From: Psilocybe cubensis
Taxonomy: Eukaryota
Direction: 5' to 3'
Assembly (NCBI GenBank): GCA_017499595.2
Contig: CM038998.1
Span: forward strand, 2,480,001 to 2,544,000
Length of the DNA: 64,000 bases
The stretch's first letter is position 1. Each line of letters begins with the position of its first letter. Under the pieces are notes generated by a model, which was not told the origin of the DNA, searched no databases, and saw only the letters and a program-made list of their open reading frames with translations. This document shows positions 12,501 through 29,335 of this stretch, in pieces. The position numbers were made by a program, and so were the translations under genes.

Positions 12501-14068
12501 ACTTGCTAGGACTGAGCGGACGTACGTCAAAGGCTTGCAGGAGTTGGTTGACATCTACATCAAGCCGGCTGCAACGCCCGTCAATCTTCTTAGTGGTGTC
12601 GGTTCAAGCAAGGATACGGCTGTGCCCGCATCGGAACGCAAAATTGTCTTTGGGGGTATCGATGCCCTTTTCTCCTTCCACCATGACAGTTTCTTGCCGG
12701 CGCTAGAAGGTGCCGCTGCTCCTCTAATGAGACCTGCTGCAGAAATGCAAGAAGCGGATGCCGATGGGCAACTGTCACTCAGCGTTGCAAAGGCAGTTGG
12801 AGATATCTTTGTCAAACATGCTGCATTTATGAGGATGTATTCGAGCTATATCAAGTACGTCTATGCGCTAGTGGTCAATTTGACAAAGGTCGACGCCTAA
12901 TTAATGATTTTGCATTTTGCAGCAACTTTGACAGCTCAGTGCAACGGGTCAAGTATTGGACATCTGATAAGCATTCGCCTGCACCACCAAGTTCTGGTAC
13001 TACTCTGTCACCGTCGTCAAGTACAGCTCAGCTTGTCGGACTCGGGATATCAATGGCTATAACCAGTAACCCTAATGCTATTACAGACTCGGCAGCGGCG
13101 ACTGGTATCCCGAATTTAACGACGAGTCAACGGAAGAGGATAAAAACTTATCTCAAGCGATGCCGCTTGAATCCTCGGCATACTCAACTCAACTTGGAAG
13201 GATACCTCTTGCTTCCTGTGCAACGAGTGCCCCGATATAAGCTACTTGTGCGTCTTTTTTAAAAATATCTTTGTTAACTTTAAATCTTAGTTTCTGTAGC
13301 TGGAAGAGCTTCTTCGGAGCACACCTCCCTCCCCTGAATACATGGGAGATGATCCGCTGGACCGGGCTTTGGCAGAGATTGCCCTTTTGGCGAACAATAT
13401 GAACGAGGGCAAACGCGAGTCGGAATCTCGCCGAAAGCTTGTCCAATGGCAAGCGAGAATTCGTGGAAAGTTCCCCAGTCCGCTTGTGCAACCTCATCGG
13501 TTAGAGTGATCTTTTTTTTTTTCGTGGCAGCAAAGCTAACATCCTTCCACTGTAGGCGTCTAATAATGGATGGCACCTTGTTACTAACCCGCGTCGTGCG
13601 CAAGGCCGTGGTTTCGTTTGAGGCTATTAATGCCCAGGGCGATGCTTCTACCGTGCAAGTCGACTGCCTCGCACCCGAATTAACTCCCCGCCCACTCATT
13701 GGCATTCTATGTAACGATCTGCTTGTTTTGTGTCGTGATCCATCCGAGGGTCAAGATCCCAATTCCAACGTTGACTTGTGGGCTGTCTTGCGAATGCAAA
13801 CGACACCTCAACCAGCTAGCATTGTACATGGAACTTGTAAGCCTGCATTTGATCCATTGCATCAGACACCTTGACTAAAAAGGTTTCCTATTCCAGCCCT
13901 CCGATTAGTTGATAATAAGGCTATATTGTATTTCGATGCTCCGACACCGTCTGCTGCTCTTAATTGGTATCGAGGTCTGTTTGTCAAGTTTGTTCACGTC
14001 TCGCTCCGTGACTCATATATCACGCTTTTATAGCTATTAACTTACATATACCCGCTTCGAAGACTTGA
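9502..14068 (+). CDS. LRR- and DH/PH-domain Rho guanine nucleotide exchange factor
   Basis: LRRs (LDISANFLGALP, LNVASNPLRVLP) and DH motifs (VIREIL-TERTYVKGLQELVDIYIKP, YLLLPVQRVPRYKLL, NNMNEGKRE), followed by a PH-like region. Confidence 0.9.
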
Positions 14069-14456
14069 AAATTGTGTTTTTAAAACTTACCTTTCGTTCA
14101 TTTACGGTGTACTCTCATTCCTCTCCTTAAAAACCCTCATTTAATTATTATATGTGCAATGTTTTCTTTCTTTCTTTCTTCTTAGATGTCATGAAGGCCA
14201 TGATATCAAAACCCATGTTTTCCTGAACCGGATATCCAACTTGTGCTATGTTTCTTCACAAATGTCATGCATACCCGCACTATCATGTTTTCGTAAATCT
14301 TCATATTTTAGATACTTTCTTTCGGATAAGAGTGAATCACATCGCATTATTTAGGAAACCCAATCCATGTGAGATTAGCAAAGTTGTAAACACAACCGAT
14401 ATCAACTACAACCAGTACACCCCTAGAATCACGTAGAAAATAGATAAAACGATCCT

Positions 14457-16968
14457 TTACATCTGTGGAAGTGGAGGGTAATGCTGAGTTACAATTCTTG
14501 CACATTAGATATTAAGCTTACCAGCCACTGCCAGAAGGCCTCCAGCTTGTTCTTCGGAGGGGGATCATCGTACCTTCAATGAACGATGTTACTCTCAAGC
14601 AGTGATTGCAAAATAGCGATAAATGCAACTTACGTTTCGGCCTCGATTTCTTTGATGTTTGTAATAAAGTCCATTTCGTGTGCTTTCTTCACTGGTTCTT
14701 TGTAGTAGTATTTTGATCCTATATAGAGTATGGGGAACAAGGCCAAAGGCAGATAATTTGTGACAAAGGTGTCCGTTGCCCACTGTCCTTTGAGGAACAC
14801 GGCCCAGCCACTCAACTAGAAAGTAAGATACCACGTCAGTAAAGAGGTGTAATCCCAAAAAATTTCAAGATGACTTACAATACATATAATGAGGCATGCA
14901 ATCATGGAATACCATGCAACAAATGGTTGCAATCTAGAATAGAATGGAAGGGTCGTGCGATCGATTCCTTGCGCCTTGAGGCCTTTGTAGAATCGAATGT
15001 ACGTAAGACTGATTCCAAACCACGTCATGAGCCCAGCAATAGCAGTCATGTTTGCGAACCACCCAAACACTCGTCCAGATCCCGAGTTCACGCCCATGAA
15101 TCCCAGTAAAGTAAAGACAGAGTTAAAAATGACAGAAACGAAAGGCAGGCCATTCCTCGAAGTCTTGAGGAATATCTTTGGGGCATTACCTGATGCAGCC
15201 AATCCGTCTGAACACAATTAAGTAATCCACAATAAACCCAGAGAATACAGTAATACAACTCACACAAGGCGCGTGAACTAGTATAAAGATCACTCGACGC
15301 AGCTGACCATGCTGAAGTCAATAGGCAGGCATTGATAATCTAAGACGAGATTAGCCATGTAATGTAAATGGGGTATGTATGTTTATTACCGAAGGCAAAG
15401 ACTTGATTCCAGCTCGTTGAATGGCAATGACGAATGGTGATGCAGCAGCTGTTCCGTGAGTTGCCTTTAGATTGAGTCGATCGGAGTTGGAGGGAACAAG
15501 TATGCCGATGACGAAGGTACCGAGAATGTAGAAAAGAAGAATTCCTAGGAAAGGACTGTATTAAATGTCTATCGGAAATACAGACCTTAAGCTCAGCTTA
15601 CGGATATAAACGCGCTTGATAGCTCTAGGAAGGTTACGTCTCGGATTCTTGGCCTCACCAGCTGCAATCTAGTTGATAGAATTTGGTAAACGTCAAAATA
15701 ATCCAGGGAAGGTTATAATTGCCTTACAGCAACAATTTCAGTGCCAATGAACGAGAATGCAGCCTGTGTTAAAACCGCCCAGTAGCCCAAGAACCTGCCC
15801 TTAGCACCTCCAATGCCTTGGAACTGAGTGAACGGTCCTGGGTGTTTCCAGAAACGGAATCCAAGTCTGTCATGGTCCGGGCCACCTAGCATATTTAAAG
15901 TTGCTATTTAGACACTTTAAATTTCTTACGGCAAAACAATTCTCACCGCCAAGATCTAAAACAATTCCTAGTATAATTAGGCCTGTAATGGTGATAACCT
16001 TGATGGATCTGAATACAGAAAAGTAAAGGTTAGTCGGGCAGTAAGGTCAGCCGACTGGATCGCAGCACTTACGCAAAGATAAATTCGGCCTCTCCATAGG
16101 CACCTATATAAATAGAAATCAGTTAAATGCGGCAGACACGGCGCAGGGCTCCTCATACCTGCTCCCAGCATATTGATTGTGACGACAACAACAATACACA
16201 TAGCAACCCAAACCGCTGGATTTATATCAGGCCTCCAGAATCCAAGTAGAACTGAAGCAGCGCTGAGCTCCGCGGGGAGTACAATTACCCAGTTATACCT
16301 GTCCCAGGATCGACATGAAGTTGACACAATAAAAAAACAGAGGGGACTATAAGCACCAGTAATTCCAACCCATCGTAAATGAAAATGCTGGGTCCACGAA
16401 ACGTTCCGCAAGCTTGATATGACCTCCAGGAATAGGTAAAAAGGCGACCATTTCCCCTAGGCAGAGCTGTGCTTTTCGTCAGCACTATGAAGCAAACTAT
16501 AGGGGCAAAACGTACCATGACAGAGAAACAGATAGAACCCATGGTAGTATAGCCCAATAACAACCCTGGAAGGATGATATTGAATTCATTTTTCTAAAAA
16601 TGTTCTTCACTGTATCTTACCAAGTGGACCTCCATTTGCAAGAGAACCAGCTGTGCCCAAGAAAAGGCCTTGAAATACCGATATTCAGTATTAGTAGAAG
16701 AGTCAGCCTTCAACTTCACTTACCTGTCCCGATTACTCCACCAATACTGAAGTAAGAAACATACGTTGGTACAAAAGGATACAACCAATATGATCAATAT
16801 TGCATACCTGATCATAGCAATGTGGCGGTTCTTCAGCTGTCGAACGAGCTTACGCTCTCCTGTAAGGGGGTCGATATCATTGCGCAAAGATTCCGTATCC
16901 GACGCGTCCTGAATCTTTTGACCCACTTCGGCCACCTGGTGGTCGCTCTTTTCCTTCTCGATAGACAT
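14457..16968 (-). CDS. APC-family (YAT) amino acid permease
   Basis: RQLKNRHIAMI-SIGGVIGTG, AFSFIGTEIVA, GEAKNPRRNLPRAIKR and SDLYTSSRAL; many introns; last coding exon ATG TAA. Confidence 0.92.
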
Positions 16969-19685
16969 GACACGCCAATTAGAAGGGAGGAGGAAAGGAA
17001 GAATCAACTGTTTTCAATATGAACCAAGTTTTAATAGCAATCAGAGCCAGGTACGGTATACATCCGGACAACTGGAGTATATATGCGTCAAACGGAGGAT
17101 TTTGGCACCTTGATCCGAGCAACGAACGTAACAAAAATCTAGGTGGACCTTAGTGGCGCATAGACGAATCGAAATCTGGCCTGCTAAAGGTTAGTTTCCG
17201 TGCTTCTGTAGACAATATCCCCTGCAAACAGAGAGAGCTACGCACCGAAGAGCAAGTCTGCGTAGTTCGACTTATTTTTTACTGTGATGTGCTATGTGTC
17301 ACAACTGCCATCTGCAGACAGCAAGCCCCTCAATGCTCACAGGCCTTCGGTAATGGATTACAGTTCATTCACAAATGGCGATGTCGTGAGATATGGAGAA
17401 ATCTATTCTTAGATCCAGTCCACGCGCCCTTTGTGCTGATAAGAGAGGAAGAACCATGAAACGGGTGTAGCTCATAGGAAGAGAATGTCCATCAATCTAA
17501 CCATTGTATCAGAACATTCGCTATTCAAACAACAGGTGAGATTGGGTTGCAGTTGCCATTTTTGCATTGTTTTGTATAGCATGCAGATTTTTTCCATGGG
17601 CGCTTTTAATCGAGGGTGACGTGTGCCTGGGAGACAGTTCGACACCGAGCAGATACAGTGTAAGCCATCGGGTTTAGGTGCAAACCCTACTCGATCTCCG
17701 CATATCGAAGAGAGGGGAAAGTTTGCGAAGGGATTCCATGAACTTGAGAGCATTGCCAAACAAAAAAGCCTAGCCAGTCTTGAAGTATAAGCACTGCAGT
17801 ACGCGCTCTATCTGAGAGGCGCTCACTCTTGTATTTAAGAGGGATTCCAGAGTGGAAAGGTATAATGTGTTTTCACTGAAATGAAAGGGGTGCTTTGTCG
17901 TGAGGGACAGACTCGGCAGGTGTGACATGAGTTGCGGATTTCACCGACGCGATGAGGAACGGTTTCGCTTGATCGTATAAACCTTCTGGGTCTTATTACT
18001 CGTATGGCCGTGGAAGCACGTGGTGATCTTTAAGTTGAGCAGTAGAACAGTTCGTTTGGAATCATAACAACAAGGATATAAGCTCTGATGGTCTTGAGAC
18101 ACCATTTATATATGTACGGATGACCGGGAGACCAGGTTGCTTTGCCTTGTTGCGGATTGGATCTCCTCTGTCAGTGCTCTTGATTTCTTCTAGACGATGG
18201 CTTATAATGCACCTTTAAGGGAGTTTTGCACTTTGCACGAGCTTTGAAACAAGCAGATAATGTATTAGTTGACAAGCAACGATATAAAGCTTCAGGGTAG
18301 ACCCACAGTTTTGCACTTTGGGTAGATAACTGCTAATTTATTCAATGTATTCTTCTTTTGAGTGTATTCCAGTTCCTTGTTTTTCGATATAGTAGGGATT
18401 AAAGTCAAGCGATATTTAGACCAATAATTTGCAAAAAATTATGGCCTTGTTATTTCTCTGGAAGAAATGCAGTGTTGATAGGGCTAGAAGTATTACACGA
18501 ATGCGACGAACCTGGTTTTCCACATAAACAATTCATAGTAACTTCCATCAATGATCATGTTTGGATAGTAGTATTAGTTCGGACCTTGATTGAAATGCGT
18601 CCTGGTGTGTTCAAGAAACGTTGAGCGAATGTGATCCATGATGAAGTAACTTGGGGTCGCCCCAGTAGACGGGAAGGGGGATTAGCAGCTGGCAATGCGT
18701 TCCATATACATACTACAATTCTAGACATTGAGAGACATTGTTTTTGTTGGCAGCAGGTTGACGGTGGTACGTAGGCCTGTAAAGTCGTGCTTAACCCCAT
18801 GTTTTTACATATTCAAGACCCCACTGTAACAGAGGCAAGGAACGCTGACTTGCACATGTCAAGTACCATATAGCATCCATGAAGAGATAGCGGTTCTCAG
18901 ATCACCTTCGGTGAGTTCGAACTTCGGTCACTGATCACGCGACACACTGGCAAATTCAGTGCCAAGTGGGGTCCTCTTGACCTTGTACATTATTTTATTG
19001 CAAGTAGGTTCGCGTTGCGGGGTCGCATGCAGTCCCCACTATGCACTTGATATCTTTCGTGCTCTCATTCAAACATGTGGGATTGTCAAATGACCTTCCT
19101 TAATATCTTTGAACTAATGGACTATCGTGGACCTGCCAGCTCAGTATTCTTCTTCCATCTCTGAAACGGGCCTACCGGCCCCGGAGTGGCATGGTATAAG
19201 TATGAGAATATATTGCATTGAGACTTCAAGTTTCGACATGCGAATGGCGCCAATCCCTCAAGTGGGTCGTTAAGAAGGATTTCTGTTGAAAATTGGCTCG
19301 AGGTGCGATCTGGAGTGATCGGTCAAGGACGCCACTCAAAAACGTATTACAATCAGGCACACAAGGACCTGGATGACATCAACATGCAATTGAACGGAAG
19401 AAGAAACTATCTAAATTTCCATGTCTGCTGAACTTCGGCGTTTCTGGTATACGTATGTCTGGCTAATATGCGACATTGCGGAAACCATTTTCTAGTCACC
19501 TCTTGTCCAATCCACAAGGGTTCGCTTCAGAGAATAATAAACCATCGCTGTTTCTCCGGGTGCGAGACGCAACGTACGCTTCAATCTCGGAGAGAATGGC
19601 GCTGTTCAAACCGTCAATATACTACAGTATATATACTGGAGAATGTTTTCAAGAAGCGCTTCATTGAACCTTCATTGCGTTCAAT

Positions 19686-22600
19686 ATGGCAAAAGGCCAT
19701 TTTATTGCAGCAATCATCGCCGCCGCCATCTTTTCACCAGTTGCTGATGCTGTTTCGCCACAGTCGTATTCATGGAAAAATGTCAAAATAGGAGGAGGGG
19801 GAGGATTTGTTCCGGGTATCATTTTCAACCCATCGCAAAAGGTGAGGGAATAGCCCAAAGAAGGACAACTCTGTAACCGATCTTAAACACAACAGGGCCT
19901 CGCTTTTGCTCGCACTGATATTGGTGGTGCATACAAACTCAATGCCGACGATTCTTGGTCACCTTTGCTCGACTTTGCCGACAACGCACGCTGGAACTAC
20001 TGGGGAATTGACGCTTTGGCGACAGACCCTGTTGAACCAAATCGATTGTATTTGGTTCGAATATAACTCTCCAATTATCAATCAGTTCTAATATGATGTT
20101 AGGCCACCGGAATGTACACAAACTCCTGGGATCCCAATAACGGTCAAATTTTGATATCAACAGATACAGGTACAACGTTCACGCCTTCCCCATTGCCGTT
20201 CAAAGTGGGGGGAAATATGCCTGGTCGTGGAATGTAAGTTATAAGTTATTCTTTGTGTATTTATTCTGATTCAGTTGCAGGGGAGAGGTAGGCTAATCAC
20301 ACAAGTGGGACACATATGTCTAATAGATCTAATGTACAGCGTCTTGCCATTGATCCCAACAAAAACAGCATCCTCTTTTTCGGTGCTCGCAGCGGTAACG
20401 GCCTTTGGAAATCGACCAACTTTGGTAGCACCTGGACGAAGGTGTCGACTTTTACTAGCACAGGTTAGCAAACCACCTTTTCAATATAATGTTTTGGCCT
20501 TATTCGCTCCAAGGAACATACATACCGGATCCAACCGACACCAGCGGATACAACAGCGACAAGATTGGTCTGCTGCTCTTCCTTATATATAGTATTAACT
20601 ACTCACAAATTGTGCAGGAATATCGTGGGTCACTTTCGACAAAACGTCTGGAACATCGGGTTCCGCTACTCCGAGAATTTTTGTCGGCGTTGCTAGCAAA
20701 GGGTCAAACAATGTTTTTGTTACAAACGATGGTGGAAATACCTGTAAGATATTACTCATGCAGCATGCAGGACAACTTGGGGCGTGCTGATTTTTTTAAA
20801 AAAGGGTCTGCCGTTGCTGGTCAAAATACAACTTACCTTCCACATAAAGGTGTCTTATCACCTGCAGAAAAGGTTCTTTATGTGTCTTACTCTGATGGAG
20901 CGGGCCCAGTAAGTTAAAAAAAATTCACTAAAGATGAAATTAACTGGTTGATCCAGTACGACGGAACTTTGGGTGCCATCTCTAAATACGATATAGCCTC
21001 TGGGATTTGTAGGTGACACGATGGTTCTATGTGATAACCACATACTGAGGGCGTTGAATGCAGGGACTGATATTACACCAGTCTCTGGAAGTGACTTGTA
21101 CTTTGGCTTTGGTGGAGTGGCTGTCGATCTTCAGAAGCCTGGCACGATAATGGTTGCAGCACTAAACTCATGGTGGCCTGACGGCCAAATATTCCGTTCC
21201 ACAGATAGCGGTGCAACCTGGTCTCCACTTTGGGCGTGGGCAAGCTATCCAGATCTTAATAAATATTACGGTTATTCTGATACTCTTGCCTCATGGCTTG
21301 GTCCAAATTATCAAGTTACTACACTCGGAACACTTCAAATCGGATGGATGATGGAATGTGAGCGTCCCTTTGTTTACAGCGTTTACATGCCCTTATTTCG
21401 TTATTAGCACTGGTTATCGATCCCTTCGATTCTAACCATTGGCTTTATGGGACTGGAGCAACCATACAAGGCGGGCACGACCTTCTCAAAGTCTGTTAAG
21501 TGGTTTAAATGCAGTTTTTTGTGCCGTTAATGAAATCTTTTTTTAGTGGGATACCACTCATAATGTCACAATCCAGTCATTAGCGGACGGTATTGAAGAA
21601 ACATCTGTACAAGGATTGATATCACCACCTACTGGTCCATCCCTTCTTTCAGCTGTTGGAGATATTGGAGGTATTCTCAATCTCAGTTCTGGATGAACAT
21701 TCTAGTTGATAATGCCACTAGGGTTTGCCCATGTATCCTTAACCAGTCCACCCACGACAGGGTTTATAAACCCAACATGGTCGACGACTGCTGATCTAGA
21801 TTTTGCTGGAAACAAGCCAACCACTATCGTCCGCATTGGTACAGGCGACAGGTGTGTTTCCTGCTTAGTGCATTCTTTCTAATCAATGACTTGAACAATC
21901 CATAGCACCTCTGGTAAACAAGTCGCCCTCTCCACAGACTCAGGTGCTACCTGGTAAGTCAGAATGACTAAGTTCTCAATAATACAAATAAACTTTTTCA
22001 AAAAGGTCTCAGGACTACGGTGCTGCTGACAACGTGTCAGGTATGTGCATTATTGTTAAAACATATTATGTACTGATTATGTTCTAGGCGGGAAGGTTGC
22101 GCTTTCTGCCGACGGTGACACCGTTCTTTGGCGTACTAGTAGCAATGGTGTTATGGTCTCACAGTATACCAACCCGTTTACTGCTGTCCCATCTCTTCCC
22201 TCAGATGCCATGATTGCCTCCGACAAAAAAAACAATAGCATTTTTTATGGTGCATCCAAAGCTTCGTTCTACCTGTCGACGGACGGAGGGAAAACCTTCA
22301 CTGCCAAAGGTTCATTAGGATCTTCCACTGCACCTGCCAAGGTTGTTGTTAATCCAGGAGTCACTGGCGATGTTTGGATCTCGACAGATAAAGGCCTTTT
22401 CCACTCCACCGATTCTGGGGCAACGTTTTCTGCTGTACCCGGTGTTTCTCAGGCATGGGCAATCGCTCTTGGCGCGCCTGCAAAAACCGGAGGATATCCC
22501 TCCATCTTTGCCGCTGCTGATATTGGAGGCGTAGGCTACTTTAGATCGGATGATCAAGGTGCAAACTGGGTACAGATCAACGACGCTAGTCACGGATTTG

Positions 22601-23143
22601 GTTCAGCTTCTTCGAACTGTCTTACCGCTGATCCCCGCATCTATGGCCGGTTAGTGTTAGGGTTTACTCTCATCTTTTTTGGTTTGAATATAATTGTGCA
22701 GAGTATACATTGGAACCAATGGTCGTGGAATATTTTATGGTGACGCTGCTGGCGCCTCACCCGCTCCTTCTTCGACAGTCTCAACGATTCCTTCATCTAC
22801 AACGAAAACCACCACGAGCACGACAAAGACAACCACCACTTCGACGAAGACGACATCGTCAAGTGTCTCTACGACCAAAACATCGACAACGACATCCACC
22901 AGTCCAACGTCTACTACCATTGTTGCTGGGTATGGTCAATGTGGAGGCATGTCTATACAATCGCCAGTAAATTGCTTATCTCTGACGTCCCTCTTTAATT
23001 AGGAATGAACTGGACAGGAGGAACAGTATGCGTTTCCGGGTTTACTTGCATTTACAGTAATCCATGTAAGCCATGTCTACTTTTGATACTAAAATCATGT
23101 CTAACAGAGACACCTAGACTATTCGCAATGCACCCCTTCTTGA
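19686..23143 (+). CDS. GH74 xyloglucanase with Thr-rich linker and C-terminal CBM1
   Basis: Signal peptide, WKNVKIGGGGGFVPGI, ARTDIGGAY, GGNMPGRGMGERL, NSWWPDGQIFRS, RVYIGTNGRG, and CBM1 QCGGMNWTGGTVC...YYSQC; about 19 exons. Confidence 0.95.
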
Positions 23144-23469
23144 CCACTCAAAGCAAACTGACTTTTGTCCTAGTAAGATCAGTGATCTATCTGGATGGCT
23201 TGTAGTGTTTAGTAGTCCAAGTTGCTTCTTAAACATATTAATATCAATTACGTGCAAGTGTCTTTTGTGTAAAAATGATAACCTGAAGACCTTTGAATGA
23301 AACCACCGTTGAATGAAACCCTTGAATTCAAGAAAACAAATAGCTGTAGTCGTTGACTTTTGGGCTGCCAGCACCGCCACAAGCCCCTAATGGAAGCATG
23401 AAGACACGTGATGTCTACAACGCATACGAAACGACGACACTATGATCGCAGTGCTTAATAGAAACGACG

Positions 23470-24722
<1,253 letters not shown>

Positions 24723-25434
24723 GGTTGATTGTGTTCAACATACCCTATACATACCATGTACTTAATTTAATGTGCGCGACAACACAAACCACAAGCGTGA
24801 CGAGAGATGAAAGAGACATTGCGTATTTAAAACCACAACAGCCAGTGCGCGGGGGCTGGGCATGTGCATCCCTACTGTACACCATACATACATACTCGTG
24901 GTAAGGAAGACACGACGAAGGGAAGCAAAACAAACACTACGGGAAAAGGCTTGCAGGGGAGACAACTTGGATGGATTGAGGAGAAGAGAAAAAATGCGAT
25001 AGAAAGATGCAGCGTGACAAAATCCTGTCGAATGAGTTTGTAGAACAGCAAAATGATGACGCGACAAAGCCCTGGTCCAATGATGAATAAAAAGTATCAA
25101 AAGCAATCCAACATCCAATGAAGAGAGATAAAAAAATGCAAAAGAGCTACAAGATTTGTGAATGCAGGAGACAAAAAAATTGTGAATGCAAAGAAAAGGT
25201 CCAAAATCCGTGGAAGCAGAGCAAACTGGAGCCACGGACGGTTACGAGCGCGACGTATGAATGTATGTAAGAAAAATGAAAAAAAGGAAACTTAAAAAGC
25301 AATAACATATGGTCGCATAGATGAAAAAAACGACATAAACATCCTTGTCGTGGTCATCATAGCATGAGCGGCCGAATATATCATAGATGTGTGTTTTTTG
25401 AATTTTTTTTTTTGGCTTTTCATTTGCTGTTCAT

Positions 25435-27613
25435 TCACTCGAGGCCGACATACCCACGCACATCCACTTTGGAAAATGCGACAGTGGGAGTTGGTGGCGC
25501 GCCAAGGCCAATGAACGACCGTGTGCGGCCTTTTGAATGGAAAGTCGATACCCGGGGGGTTGACAGGCTGGGAAAGGGCACCGGACCAGCAAAATTGGAC
25601 GTCAAAGTCATGGTCGAGGGAGTGCGGGTCGTCAGCGTGGGGGAAGGTGGGAAGACGAAGAGGGTCTGAGAGGGCGTGGATAGACCTGCAACATCGGCAG
25701 AGCCTGTAGTGCTGGTGCTGGATGAGGAGGCGCGGCGCAGAACACTGCTGCGTAGATGCAATGGTGGGGGGACAAGCTTGCGGGACTCGGCCCGCTGGCG
25801 GACGGGTGGGAGAGGTAGAGTAGGCTTCGCAGGGGGTGGCTGTTGCGTTGGGGGCGGGCCGGGCTGGTGATCGTTTTCATCTGAACTTTCAGTTTCGATG
25901 ACAAGGGTCACGGGAGAAGATGGGACGACAGGGAGCAGGCTGAGCCCCATTGGGCGCGGCTTACCCCTTGGTTTGGGCCGTGGTGGAATGTCAAACGTAG
26001 AGCGGACGGCTGTTTTAGGCGGAGGGGGGATGTTGAAGGATGATTTCCAAACAGGCGCTGAAGGAGGAGGACGGGCGGTGGCTGGGCCATGGAGCGCCAT
26101 CAAAGACTCGTTGCGAGGCGTCGAATCATGTTGCTCGTCCTCTGGCGAAGAGGTCGCCGTCAATGAAGCACGGTCGAGCCTGCTTTCCGAGTCAAATGCA
26201 CCGCCAGTACCCAATAGTTCCTGCTCTTCGTCTTCTTCAACGAGATCTTCGCTCCAGAAACTCTGGTTAGTCTGATTACTTGCAACGGAGCCAGTGCGCT
26301 TGCGGGAGCCATAGCGACTCCTCCACGCGGGACCCATACCAATACCGGACCCGGTGGAGCTCATGGAAGATGCCGAAGACTTTCGGGCGACAATGCGGTC
26401 CTCCATGGCCTTGTCGAGAGCTTTGGCCTCTTGCATGACAATGTGGCTCTCTCGCTCGTCGGCTTCATTGTCGGAAGCGTCGTCGAGCATTTGACGACGA
26501 CGGCCCCATTCTTCTTCGTCGTCGGATGAGCCGTCCGAATCTGAAGGGGAAGCCTTGTCTCCCCTCAGCTTTTTCTCATACTCCAAAAGCTGATAAATGA
26601 GACTTGGAGGAGAAATATTAATCACAGCCGATGAGAAATAAAAATTAACCAAGACATACGACATATTGGGTCCAACATGTGGACTTTTTTCCTTGACAAA
26701 AGTATATGCGCCCTGCATGCCCTGTAGGGACCAGACCTCTGGAGGGACAGACGTGTGACGCTCTGCAGCAGCCCGCATGACGAGAGCGATCACCATTGTT
26801 GCAGATCGAGAGATGCCACATTGACAACTTAATCGGTGATGAGTAATGATGGGAATAGTATTATGGGAAAACGCACTGAATCAAACAGCCCTCGCCACGA
26901 CTGAGGGCAGCGTCTGCAAAGGCCATGCCTGCCTTGAAGCCATCATCGACAAGATTCTGCTGGCCATGGGACCACTGGAGCTTGAGATAATGCATGGCAG
27001 GTCTTCCGCTGGGAAGATGAGCCGGATAATAAGTAGGGTCGTCCTTGGGTGGACGGTTCCTAAAGTTGGGAGTAGATGCTGCGAGACGCAGCGGGGTGGC
27101 TGGGATGGGTGTGTCGAAGGGAAGAAGGACCTCCTTTGCTACATTGAGAATAGACCTGATTCCGCGCTCGACGAGACACTTCCAGTCACGGGCATTGTCC
27201 TCTGAGCCGATCCAGATGCCAGGGATGATCTGAATTGGACCGTTGGCATAGGGAGCAGCGTCTGAGGGGCCGTCCTCGTCCTTGCGATGGATAAGAGAGG
27301 CGGGTGTGGGAGTAGGAGCGGGAAGGGAAATGACAGAGGGCCTTCGACGGGTGTCTGCTGGGACTGGACTGACGGGGAGAGGCGGGTCTAGTGGTGCGGG
27401 GCTGCTGCGGAGGGTGAGGGAGAGCTTTTTCATGTTCTTCCTCGATGACCTGTCTTCGGGCTGGGCATGAAAAGGGGGATAGTCTGAATCTGCAGAAGAA
27501 AGAGTAGTAGAAGAGTCTTCGTCGGCGAGAGCGATGGCGAGGGGGAGAGCAAGAGAGGGGGCGTCGATGCGCAGAGAGGCAGGAGCACGCCGGCGCCGAT
27601 GAGGAGCTGCCAT
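25435..27613 (-). CDS. Dual-specificity protein phosphatase (MAPK phosphatase-like)
   Basis: YANGPIQIIPGIWIGSE, ILNVAKE, the spliced catalytic HCQCGISRSAT and GPNMSLIYQLLEYE; long disordered C-terminus. Confidence 0.9.
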
Positions 27614-27751
27614 CGCTGCAGACTGGATGCCCACGGCCAGCGTGAACTAGAAAGAAGAGAAATGAGAAAGATAAACAAGAGTTGGCAGAGAGAGACAAGA
27701 GTCAACTGACACGTGCCTTCAACTCGTATCCTTGTACTACTCTGTTCTCCG

Positions 27752-29195
<1,444 letters not shown>

Positions 29196-29335
29196 ATGTT
29201 ATTGCGATGCATATCCTGGGATATCTTGGAAATATTAGAGATGGGAACAGGGCTCAACGATAATTACGATAATTAATCAATTTGCTGCTATACATGAATG
29301 TTTTGCAACGTCTGCTAATGTGATAAAACAATCTA

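Noticed and set aside
17000-19680. Short ORFs and a 14-bp repeat (AGTTTTGCACTTTG) in the permease/GH74 intergenic region
   Set aside because: No recognisable protein or splice structure; consistent with a divergent promoter region.
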